Origin: Candidatus Bathyarchaeia archaeon | GTDB taxonomy: Archaea; Thermoproteota; Bathyarchaeia; Bathyarchaeales; Bathycorpusculaceae | Length of the DNA stretch: 49,311 bases | Assembly: GCA_038883855.1 (NCBI GenBank) | Contig: JAVZLH010000007.1 | Coordinates: 1 to 49,311 of the forward strand | Reading direction: 5' to 3' | Part shown: piece by piece, positions 1 to 8,271 of the stretch | Numbering within the stretch: position 1 is the stretch's first letter | How the letters are laid out: every line of letters starts with the position of its first letter | Program-made: the position numbers and the translations under genes | The notes under the pieces: model-generated | What the model was told of the DNA's origin: nothing | Databases searched by the model: none | Seen by the model: only the letters and a program-made list of their open reading frames with translations

Positions 1-208
1 CACGGTAAATAACCACGAGGTACTTCGGTCCAATATGGAGGTTGGCGTAAAACTTTAAAGCTTTAAACTCACCCCTCAACCCTTTAATAATTAAATCAGG
101 ATCTTGAACCGCCATAACTATTTCATGTGTGTAACGTGCAACTTCCGGATGCCTACTAACAATATGATTAAGAACTTTTCTGGATATTTTTATGCTCAAT
201 GCTTTCAT
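1..208 (-). CDS. RelE/PBECR-like small nuclease/toxin, truncated by the window edge
   Basis: Not in the ORF track. Manual translation from ATG at 208: MKALSIKISRKVLNHIVSRHPEVARYTHEIVMAVQDPDLIIKGLRGEFKALKFYANLHIGPKYLVVIYR...; the HIxxRHPE...PDLII...KYLVV pattern resembles the BECR/RelE-fold family. Confidence 0.7.
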   Translation of the reverse strand, partial: MKALSIKISRKVLNHIVSRHPEVARYTHEIVMAVQDPDLIIKGLRGEFKALKFYANLHIGPKYLVVIYR

Positions 209-305
209 CTCATATGCTACATTATTTAGGTTGCAATATTTCTAAGCTGCAAGAGGTTATCTGGCTTACGTTATTTAAAAGAGAAATATGAATTTAGCAT
301 TGACT

Positions 306-556
306 TTTGTAAAATTTAAATGGTCAAACTAATCCCGGCGTCTCGTGTTAGACCATTGACTTGAAAAAGGCAAGTTTCTTACTCTGTTTTTGCGAAGCCG
401 CTGCCTAAAAGTTGCTTTGGAGTTGCTCAAAAATGTGGGGCCGGTTAGATGAAAACTTACGTTTAAATTTTAAAATTTTAAGATGACCTATTTTCTCTTT
501 CGCGCAACATGCGCGTGATAAATGAGAACCTGTTGGGGTTGCCATTTTATCTTAAT
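306..556. repeat. Junction repeat copy A (tRNA-Trp trailer + att-like core + arm)
   Basis: Aligns by eye over ~250 bp with 1479-1730 and over its first ~140 bp with 3909-4046; contains the core AAAATGTGGGGCCGG ending at 444. Confidence 0.9.
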
Positions 557-771
557 AGAACTGTTATAGGCTTCGTTCCTTCATAGACTATTGTGTATAT
601 CTGGAAGTGGTTTGGTTTTCCGTGCTCGCTTATCCACTCGCCATATCTTACTTGTCCTTCAAGCCATTCTTTGCTTGCAAAGCTTCTATGCTCCCTTATC
701 CATCTGACTGGTTGGGAACCAAGCTTTATTGGACCGAGGTAGCATCGTTTTCTTGGCTCAAATCGGAACAT
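547..771 (-). CDS. Small hypothetical protein (possible cassette cargo)
   Basis: 74-aa ORF divergent from the wHTH gene, with its stop at the edge of repeat A; no motif recognised. Confidence 0.3.
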   Translation of the reverse strand: MFRFEPRKRCYLGPIKLGSQPVRWIREHRSFASKEWLEGQVRYGEWISEHGKPNHFQIYTIVYEGTKPITVLLR

Positions 772-895
772 AGATACTATTTAGCAAGGCTTATGGTATT
801 TTTGTTTAATGGTATAGCCTTTTGGAATATTCCAAAAACTTAAATATCCCTACAACAACATAGAGAGTGAGAGACAGAGAGACTGTGAGTAAATT

Positions 896-1474
896 ATGAT
901 TGAAATAGTGGAGATAAGAAAGAACCGAAGAGGCGAAGAGTCAGACGAAATCTTACTGGAAACTATAAAGCAGTTTCCAGGGCTTTCTCAATATGAATTG
1001 GGGAAAAAGTTGGGGTGGAAGACTGGCCGTGTTGATGGTTCAATAAGGAGGCTTTTGAACGAAGGGAAAATTGTAATTAAAGTTTTGGAAAGAAATGGTA
1101 GACGAGTAAACCTTGTTTATCCAAAGGAGGAAAAACCTAGAGGCGTAATAGAAGTATCAGCCGAACTACTAGAAGCAGCCAACCTACTACAAGCAGCCAA
1201 CCCCGCATGGAATGAATACGCTTACGTTTACGCATTAGACAGTTCAACAATAGGAATTTCTGGCAGCGAAATGCCAGAATGGAAGGAAATCTCTTGTTTT
1301 CTTGAAAAAACTCCGATACAAAAAGCTGACAACAAAATATTGCTGAAAATTCCAGAAAGGTTTTGGCGATTCTACAACATGGAAAGAAAACATAGCGTAG
1401 TATCAATAAACGGAAATAATATCTTAATAACTGTCGCAGGAAATATCATTGAAGAAAAAAGATATCCAGCCTAA
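896..1474 (+). CDS. Winged-helix DNA-binding protein with possible AbrB-like C-terminal region
   Basis: ILETIKQFPGLSQYELGKKLGW...VDGSIRRLLNEGKI is a typical wHTH; the C-terminal KILLKIPERFWRFYNM...VSINGNNILI resembles a swapped hairpin (inference). Confidence 0.75.
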   Translation: MIEIVEIRKNRRGEESDEILLETIKQFPGLSQYELGKKLGWKTGRVDGSIRRLLNEGKIVIKVLERNGRRVNLVYPKEEKPRGVIEVSAELLEAANLLQAANPAWNEYAYVYALDSSTIGISGSEMPEWKEISCFLEKTPIQKADNKILLKIPERFWRFYNMERKHSVVSINGNNILITVAGNIIEEKRYPA

Positions 1475-1478
1475 CCTG

Positions 1479-1730
1479 TTTGTAAAATTTAAACAGCCAA
1501 ACTATTTCTTGGTTCCTTGTATTGATTGCCGAATTGAAAAAGGCAAGCTTTTTGCTCCATTTTTGCGAAGCCGCTGCCTAAAAGTTGCTTTGAAATTGCT
1601 TGAAAATGTGGGGCCGGATAGATGGAAACTTACGTTTAAATCTTACAATTTTAAGATAACCTATTTTCTCTTTCGCACAACATGCGCATGATAAACGAGA
1701 ATTTGTTGGGGGTTACCATTATATCTTAAT
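1479..1730. repeat. Junction repeat copy B
   Basis: Runs TTTGTAAAATTTAAA...GCGAAGCCGCTGCCTAAAAGTTGCTTTG...AAAATGTGGGGCCGG (core ends 1617)...TATCTTAAT and is homologous to 306-556. Confidence 0.9.
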
Positions 1731-1789
1731 TAGATTTTGGAAATAATGCACCAATAAAAATTTTAACCTCAAACAGCCCAACTCTACTT

Positions 1790-2926
1790 TTATACAAATT
1801 TCCTGGCGCATGAGACTTCAATTTTTTCTAGTATTGGGTAAAGTTCTTCTATGGTCTTGGCAGCTTCTTCGATAATATTGTTAAGTATTTGTGGGAATTC
1901 TTCCGAGTTTCTATCAATGACCCTACCTATGAGAAATTTGTTTGCTGTCAAAGGCTTTCCTTCTAACAGTTTTGTTTCTCTGATGGCTTCTTCGATTTTC
2001 TGCTTTCCGGTCATGTCAATCTCAAAGTACCATTCTAGTGGCCTAGTATTCCTAATGTGATAATACCAAAATGTGTCATAGAAAATATATCTTTGGCTGC
2101 TAATCCTAAGAGACTTCAACTCCTCTTTCAGTTCCTCTTTCAAGAGCAGTTCATAATATTTTTCTCTGTGAAGGTGAGCTTTATTTCCAAAATCTAATCC
2201 TATCCTTATGTTGATTGGGGTAAAAGCAATTCCTAGGCTTGCTCTATGTATATGTGCTCTTTTGTTGGGTATTTTTTCTTTTACCCATGGCAGCCATATT
2301 CCCCCTGAATTAGGAATGAAACTTGATATTTGCTCGGGTTTCAAACCTAGTTTGCCTGTAATCAGTCTGTTTATCTCACGCTGCAATGCAGCACATTTTT
2401 TGTACAACATTATAAAATTGTCAAAATCAGAATCATAAATACCCCTAAACTCTTCAACGCTTATAGTTGAACCTTTTCCAAAAGTCGATATATCTTCAAA
2501 TGTTGTGCGTCGAAGTTGTTCATCAAAGTCTATCCCTGCTTCTTCACATAAGAACCTTAGAATCTCTTTAGTTACAAGATCTATTTGCTCTTTGCTCATT
2601 GAAGAGCGTGTATGCATTATAGCGTTACGAAAATCCCAATATCGTCTTAGCTTTTTTGCTTTTGCTTTGTCTATTTGCTCCTTTTCTTCTAAGAAATTGA
2701 TGATGTCAGAAATTTTTACATCTCTTGGGTTAATGTTCCGGAATTTTTCAAATTTCAGTCCAGTTTGAAACATTACTCTCTCGAAGGATAACGCAGCAAG
2801 ATATTTCACTAGATCCTCAAATCCACTTACGTAACCCCTGAAATTGAATAATGCAAGCGAATACATGAGCATGTTTTCTGTATCTTGGTCGAACTTAAAC
2901 AGGGGCATAACTACACACCGTTCCAT
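1790..2926 (-). CDS. HEPN-motif protein with uncharacterised C-terminal domain (putative defence RNase)
   Basis: 378 aa; helical N-terminal part with an RxxxxH motif (FRNAIMH); AT-rich, located inside the tRNA-linked island. Confidence 0.65.
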   Translation of the reverse strand: MERCVVMPLFKFDQDTENMLMYSLALFNFRGYVSGFEDLVKYLAALSFERVMFQTGLKFEKFRNINPRDVKISDIINFLEEKEQIDKAKAKKLRRYWDFRNAIMHTRSSMSKEQIDLVTKEILRFLCEEAGIDFDEQLRRTTFEDISTFGKGSTISVEEFRGIYDSDFDNFIMLYKKCAALQREINRLITGKLGLKPEQISSFIPNSGGIWLPWVKEKIPNKRAHIHRASLGIAFTPINIRIGLDFGNKAHLHREKYYELLLKEELKEELKSLRISSQRYIFYDTFWYYHIRNTRPLEWYFEIDMTGKQKIEEAIRETKLLEGKPLTANKFLIGRVIDRNSEEFPQILNNIIEEAAKTIEELYPILEKIEVSCARKFV

Positions 2927-3031
2927 ACTGCATTGTTCTCTCTAAAAATTATTCCCTTAGTTTTACTACATAAATCTTCTATTGAGCATTTTACGCATTT
3001 CTTTTTGCTACATAGCTTTGAGCCTATTGCC

Positions 3032-3072
3032 CAATTTAATACTGACTTTCGTAAAATTTAAACGACTAAGTT
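3032..3072. repeat. Partial copy of the junction repeat (distal end only)
   Basis: AATTTAATACTGACTTTCGTAAAATTTAAACG matches AATTTAGCATTGACTTTTGTAAAATTTAAATG near 291-322. Confidence 0.6.
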
Positions 3073-3126
3073 TTTCCTAATCCATAACGGAAAGTCTTAT
3101 CTTTCTGGCAAGAGAAAGAGATATTT

Positions 3127-3219
3127 TTACTTTCTTTTCCTAAAGATTTTGGCGTCGTCCATTTCTGTGACGTATTCGAACCCTGCTTCTATCAGCTGGC
3201 AAGCTTCTTCAAGATTTGT
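3127..3219 (-). pseudogene. C-terminal remnant of a tyrosine integrase
   Basis: Translates as TNLEEACQLIEAGFEYVTEMDDAKIFRKRK*, homologous to the tail of the integrase pseudogene at 39911-40279 (NLKEVCALLEAGF*YATDMEGVKIFRNRK*). It has no start and is preceded by a stop. Confidence 0.8.
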
Positions 3220-3435
3220 TTATCTTTAACGTTTTTAGGTAATATTTGATAATTTTGTTCGTATTGATTATCGTGAGACTAGCGATTAGACATGTTAGAT
3301 GAAGACTTACATTTTAGTTTTTTAAATTTCCGAGATTTCATAAGAAAGACGAATATAACTGAAAAGTGTGGCTCATAAAAATTAATGAGAGATGGATATT
3401 GTTAATTAGGATAAAAAAGACAAACTGGGAATAGT

Positions 3436-3879
3436 ATGATTATCAAATCCTTTGGAGATGAATGGGAATCACTAAAGAAAATTTATGAGAATGGCTCATT
3501 TGAATATAACGATACCTCACACACTTTCAGTTCTCGTGTTGACCTGCACTTCCGAAGTGTTAAGCGACAACAAAAATACGGAGTCTATCTTGTGCGACAA
3601 AGAGATACAGGGGAAATTCTGTATATTGGCAAGAGCGGAACCATTAATTCAAAGGGACAGTTTCTGGGACAAGATATTCCAGACAGATTGAAAAATGTTA
3701 AGGATGGTCGCATTCCAGCAAACCAATGGTTTAAGGATCTTTGCGTGGAGAAAGGACCATTAGTTATCGAATATATTTTTCTTCCCGTTTCTAACTCTCC
3801 TGCGCTGATCGAAGCGATTCTCCTGCAAGCTTACCTTAACGAATACAATCACTTGCCTTACAAGAACAAGAAACTATAA
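3436..3879 (+). CDS. GIY-YIG nuclease family protein
   Basis: YGVYLV...ILYIGKSG motif, downstream conserved R (DRL), E (LIEAILL) and terminal PYKN. Confidence 0.8.
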   Translation: MIIKSFGDEWESLKKIYENGSFEYNDTSHTFSSRVDLHFRSVKRQQKYGVYLVRQRDTGEILYIGKSGTINSKGQFLGQDIPDRLKNVKDGRIPANQWFKDLCVEKGPLVIEYIFLPVSNSPALIEAILLQAYLNEYNHLPYKNKKL

Positions 3880-3908
3880 GGCGGGCACAATAGCGCTTTC
3901 GAATACTA

Positions 3909-4046
3909 TTTGTAAAATTTAAACGGTCAAAGCATTCTCAGTCTTCTAGATCGGATAACTGAATCGAAAAGGCAAGGTTCTTGCCTATTTTTTACAAAAC
4001 TTTTGCCAAAATGTTGCTTTAGAATTGCTTAAAAATGTGGGGCCGG
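3909..4046. repeat. Junction repeat copy abutting and overlapping the tRNA-Trp 3' end
   Basis: Homologous to the first ~140 bp of copies A and B; the last 9 bp (4038-4046) are the tRNA 3' end. Confidence 0.85.
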
Positions 4047-4210
4047 CCGGATTTGAACCGACGACCTTTCCCCGAAACGGCCTTTAAAGGCTGTTTCTAC
4101 GGGTTTCTTCTTTGACCGCTCCAGAACTTCTTCATTCCGCTTTTTGCGGTCCGCAAACCCGTTTATGCGCTTCTGGAGCCCGTCGTCATACCTGCCTAGA
4201 CTACGGCCCC
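4038..4210 (-). tRNA. tRNA-Trp(CCA) with two introns (4105-4172 at 37/38; 4068-4098 at about 43/44)
   Basis: Acceptor GGGGCCG/CGGCCCC, anticodon stem ACGGG/CCCGT, loop CT-CCA-G|A, T arm GTCGG-TTCAAAT-CCGGC. Removing 68 nt and 31 nt gives a 74-nt cloverleaf with variable loop AGGTC. Confidence 0.93.
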
Positions 4211-4382
4211 TTGTCTAGAGTGTTTAAAAATAAACTGCTGTAGAAGAGATATATGCGTTATTCTCCCTTTCAACGAGAAAATTCTCTGTGGGGCTGTTAG
4301 AATAACACTTATTATTTTCTTTTTACACTAAAGAATGGGTAGAACATGGGTTAAAGTATTTATGGTAGATATCTGAGTCAGG

Positions 4383-5498
4383 TTGTGTTTGTTGGAGGTT
4401 TCGGAAACGGCAAGTGAACGTGCTGACACCCCGAAAAGGTTCGTGCTTTACAGAGACTTGGATGGAACAGCTTATGATGTCGAGCTACCCTTAACCTCGA
4501 ACGTTAACCCAGAAGAACTGCGGGAACAGCTTGGTTTGCCATCCTACATCGACTTGAATTATTTTCCGATGCGAAGTGCCATGGTTACTTTTTGGGCTTC
4601 TGCCAACGCGCCTAGACTTCACGAGTTGTATCCGAAAGCCTTTGAAAAAAGGGTTAGTAAGAACCCTATTCCAGCTTTGTTGTTTGGCGGAGCAGCGGTT
4701 AAAATCCATTGTCCAAGCGCGAATTCTAATGGTCCATTGGCTAGGGCGATAAAGGACACGGATTACATTGTTCCTAAAAAGCAGGGAATGGAATTTTACA
4801 AGCTTCTCCTAAACATGGATAAGGCTTTTGGAACGATGTATAAATCCTTTGCGACGGCGAATGATAGGCGTTTCAGCGCTTGGAGGCATGGCGAAAGATA
4901 CAGAGTTACAACAATTAATGGTGTAACAGAGGATGGATTACCTACAATAACTGTTCTAGACATTTTCTGCGACTACATAGATTTGAGGCATAAAGTGGAA
5001 GTTAAGGACGAGTTTGAGAGATACAAAGAAAACCTCTTCACCATCGGCTTGGAGCGTCTGCTTCTTTCTAAAGCACAGTTCATTTTTGACATGCCGAAGG
5101 AATGTGTGAAGGAGCTTGAGCGTTGCAAACAAGAGTATAGGATTCTCTCTTATCCCCATTATGCAAAGGACAAAATCATAATTGGAATGGAGGAAAAAGA
5201 TGTTAAGGACGTTTGCGCAGTCTTTTTAGACCACGAAATTGGAGAGGGCGCAGAAAAGATAAATGCTCGTAAAATGCGAAAGATTTTGGATAAGGATAAG
5301 AAGCTTGCCCTAACTGTTACACTTAATCTTAAAAACATTGTTGAAAAGCCGGATGCCTTCAAAAAGTGGATGACAAAAAGTCAAATCTCAACAGTGATTG
5401 ACAGGGTGGAAAGCCTCTTGAAAGAGTTGCCGGTGATTGACAAGAAATGGGATAAACCATGGTGGAATACTGCTGTGGAAACCCCCGTAATAGAGTGA
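4383..5498 (+). CDS. Uncharacterised Pol-beta-superfamily nucleotidyltransferase
   Basis: FGGAAVKIHC...KDTDY (GG + DxD) and a third Asp in LDIF; paralogous to 9246-10187. Confidence 0.7.
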   Translation: MCLLEVSETASERADTPKRFVLYRDLDGTAYDVELPLTSNVNPEELREQLGLPSYIDLNYFPMRSAMVTFWASANAPRLHELYPKAFEKRVSKNPIPALLFGGAAVKIHCPSANSNGPLARAIKDTDYIVPKKQGMEFYKLLLNMDKAFGTMYKSFATANDRRFSAWRHGERYRVTTINGVTEDGLPTITVLDIFCDYIDLRHKVEVKDEFERYKENLFTIGLERLLLSKAQFIFDMPKECVKELERCKQEYRILSYPHYAKDKIIIGMEEKDVKDVCAVFLDHEIGEGAEKINARKMRKILDKDKKLALTVTLNLKNIVEKPDAFKKWMTKSQISTVIDRVESLLKELPVIDKKWDKPWWNTAVETPVIE

Positions 5499-5502
5499 AA
5501 GC

Positions 5503-6393
5503 TTACTCTCTTTTTACCAGTTGTTTGATGGCGTTGTAAGCTTCCTTCCTTGACATGCCAACTCTTGAAGTGGGCAGGTCGAAGATTCCACATTTGGAGT
5601 GCAGTCTTAAATAAGTTTCCTGTTTGGAGGAGACGTAAATTGTCACATCTTTGTAATCGGACCATTTTCCCTCCGTCACTTTTTGTCCCTGCCGAAGTTG
5701 AAAACCTTTGCTATTCAAGGTTAGGGTTGTATGGTAGCGTGATTTATAAACTCGATGCCCCAATACAAGGGATAAAAGCGTTAAAATCAAGAGTGTTAAT
5801 GGTTGAATCGCTTGTCGCAACCCAGAAAGCGAAATTACTACTAATATTAACACGCCCAGACCAAACACTACAGTGAAGCCCTTTAAGTAGCTGGGAAGGT
5901 CGAATGCTTCAAACTTAGGTTCTGTCAACTTTAGTTGTTTTGCCAGTCCTTTTCCGAGGACATTATCAGATGAAATAGTTTCCTTTGACGAAAGACTGAA
6001 AGCAGTTATACCAATGTTTTTGTCAGTCACGCCTTCAATTGTTTTTTTCAATTCTTTTTCTAAAGGTTTGTTCTGAACCAAACCTAGAAAAACCCAATCG
6101 TCTTCTCCAAACTTGTTTTTAAATGACAAAATGATTTTTCTTAAGAACTTATAGTCAACTTCTTGAGATGCATAAAAGAAAAGGTGAATTTTGTACTTCG
6201 GAGTTACAAGTGCAGAAAATATTTTCGAAAGAAAGAAGCCTTTTTCTTGGAGACTTCCAGAAGCATATATTGGAAAGGTTACATCACCTAAGGTATAGTC
6301 CTTGTGGATCTCGTTAAAATTAGCTAACCATCTTAAATTTCCACGAATTATCTGTTCTTCCACCATGTCCGTTACGAAGCCCAGCTCATACAT
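5503..6393 (-). CDS. Hypothetical membrane protein (soluble N-domain, 2 TM, beta-rich PH-like tail)
   Basis: 296-aa ORF with two hydrophobic segments, directly downstream of the APC permease on the same strand. Confidence 0.7.
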   Translation of the reverse strand: MYELGFVTDMVEEQIIRGNLRWLANFNEIHKDYTLGDVTFPIYASGSLQEKGFFLSKIFSALVTPKYKIHLFFYASQEVDYKFLRKIILSFKNKFGEDDWVFLGLVQNKPLEKELKKTIEGVTDKNIGITAFSLSSKETISSDNVLGKGLAKQLKLTEPKFEAFDLPSYLKGFTVVFGLGVLILVVISLSGLRQAIQPLTLLILTLLSLVLGHRVYKSRYHTTLTLNSKGFQLRQGQKVTEGKWSDYKDVTIYVSSKQETYLRLHSKCGIFDLPTSRVGMSRKEAYNAIKQLVKRE

Positions 6394-6451
6394 TTGTGAA
6401 GAACCTCATTAGTTTGATGTTTGAGAAATAAAAAGAAGAGGATATTTAAGG

Positions 6452-8149
6452 CTATTCTGGGGGTATGCTCAAGTACAGTGTACGCATGTCAACGCCTCGG
6501 GTCATGTTACGGTACATGAAGCCCACGTAAAGTAGTATTCCGACAATAATGCATCCAAGGAAGCCGGATGCGCTGACTACGTCTGCCGCTTTTGCGCCTG
6601 TGGTGAACAGCGACCATATCCATGGAGACTCTTTTATGAAGATGTACAGACAGAAGGCTCCACCAAGCGTGGCTACGAACCCGAGCAGAACAACAGCTCC
6701 AATCGAATGCTTGACCGCCGCTCTGTCATAAATATCCTTTCTCTCCAACGGGAGCAACATGCATGAAACACAGAACATCGTTAGGAAGAAGGCGTCAAAA
6801 ATATCGGTTCCAACAACACCAGCAAATGCTAGGTAACTTACTGCTCCTGCAGGAAAGTCTGCCTCAGCCATGCATGCAGGAATAGCAAATACAGCAGTAA
6901 TTATTATTGACCAGACCGGCGCATGCCACCTTTCGCTAACATAAGAGAAGGCCTCAGGCATCATTCTGTCAAATGACATGGCAAAGAACGTTCTTGAAGC
7001 GACAAGCAGGAACGGTGGAATGTCATTGGCAACCCATAACATGCCGCCTAAGGCGATCAGCCAAGAAAGCCAATCAAGCCCCATGCCTCTAGCAATGATG
7101 GATGCAAGTCCTGTGCTCCAAGCAGACTGAAACCCTGGTATAGCAGCTTTTACAACATCACGATCAACTGCATAGCTTAGCCAAGAATAGTATTGGAAGA
7201 AGCTCCATTTATGTCCAGCAGGGTCTGTGTATGGCTCAAGGCTCATGGCGGCAATTGCGGAAAGCGAAGAAGCCAACAGATAAACTATCATAATTATCAA
7301 TCCCGAAACCAAGAGAACTAGGGGAAGCTTTTTATTGGCTTCTTTCACCTCGCCAGCCAAAAATGTTGTTGCATACCATCCCATGTAAGCCCAGAAAGCC
7401 CCTCCAAGAGCAAAGGAGAAGGCATCAAAGAAACCAGCAACATTTTCTGAACTGGTCATCCCCGTGGCAATTGCTAAATCCTTAAATGTCGAGGGGGGAG
7501 CACCCAAAACCTGTTCAACTCCGGTTGCAAGTGCATTTGGATTCATTGCTCCGGCTACCCACATGGCAAAGAAGAAAATGGTAATAAATGCCGGTATGTA
7601 GAATAGCACTTCCATCAGTCGCCCATACAGTTTAGTTCCCAGAAGGGCGATGATTGCGAATATCCATACTATCACTAGTCCACCCACGAAAAGCTCAAGT
7701 GCTCCAAAGGTTATTCCTCCGGGTGCCATTGCAATGTTAAAGAATATCATGATTGCCTCGAAAACAGCGACGCCGATCAGCCCATAAGAAAAGGCTTCGG
7801 CGAGGAACATTAGCCATCCTGCTGTGTAACCGATCACCGGATGGATTACTCTTGAGATCGTTACGTATCCGCCTCCCGACCTTGGCATAGCAGCTGCAAC
7901 GTAACCTGCCGCATAACCAGTAATAACCACGATTATACCGCAGACTAGAAAGGCCCAGAACATCGCTGGAAGCCCGAGAGGCATTAAGTCTGTTGGCATT
8001 GGTTTTGGTCCTGTGAATTGGAAGACTCTTTTCTGCCAGCCTAGGCCTATGACATGACTAAGGATTATGATTACACCGAGCGTAAAGCCTATTTCGCGTA
8101 CTAGTCCAGTTGCTTCTCTTGCAAATAATCTTGGTTTACTTGAAGGCAT
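6452..8149 (-). CDS. APC-family amino acid permease
   Basis: LFAREATGLVRE N-terminus, AMPRSGGGY, AGEVK and SRTFFAMSFDR motifs; many TM helices. Confidence 0.92.
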   Translation of the reverse strand: MPSSKPRLFAREATGLVREIGFTLGVIIILSHVIGLGWQKRVFQFTGPKPMPTDLMPLGLPAMFWAFLVCGIIVVITGYAAGYVAAAMPRSGGGYVTISRVIHPVIGYTAGWLMFLAEAFSYGLIGVAVFEAIMIFFNIAMAPGGITFGALELFVGGLVIVWIFAIIALLGTKLYGRLMEVLFYIPAFITIFFFAMWVAGAMNPNALATGVEQVLGAPPSTFKDLAIATGMTSSENVAGFFDAFSFALGGAFWAYMGWYATTFLAGEVKEANKKLPLVLLVSGLIIMIVYLLASSLSAIAAMSLEPYTDPAGHKWSFFQYYSWLSYAVDRDVVKAAIPGFQSAWSTGLASIIARGMGLDWLSWLIALGGMLWVANDIPPFLLVASRTFFAMSFDRMMPEAFSYVSERWHAPVWSIIITAVFAIPACMAEADFPAGAVSYLAFAGVVGTDIFDAFFLTMFCVSCMLLPLERKDIYDRAAVKHSIGAVVLLGFVATLGGAFCLYIFIKESPWIWSLFTTGAKAADVVSASGFLGCIIVGILLYVGFMYRNMTRGVDMRTLYLSIPPE

Positions 8150-8271
8150 ATGCTTTAGTCACCCAAACCTTCATTTTGTAGCTTTGTCTAAATTTAAAAC
8201 TTTCCGTAACTCTAAGCTTAAATACCATTTCTGTTATGTTAGCCATATAAAATACTAGGAAATGAGTATAA

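Noticed and set aside
1449-1691. 80-aa ORF in the track
   Set aside because: It lies within junction repeat B, and the homologous copy A has no equivalent ORF in the track.
306-4046. CRISPR array or IS terminal repeats
   Set aside because: The repeats are 140-250 bp direct repeats separated by kb-scale genes; there is no short repeat-spacer periodicity, cas gene or transposase.
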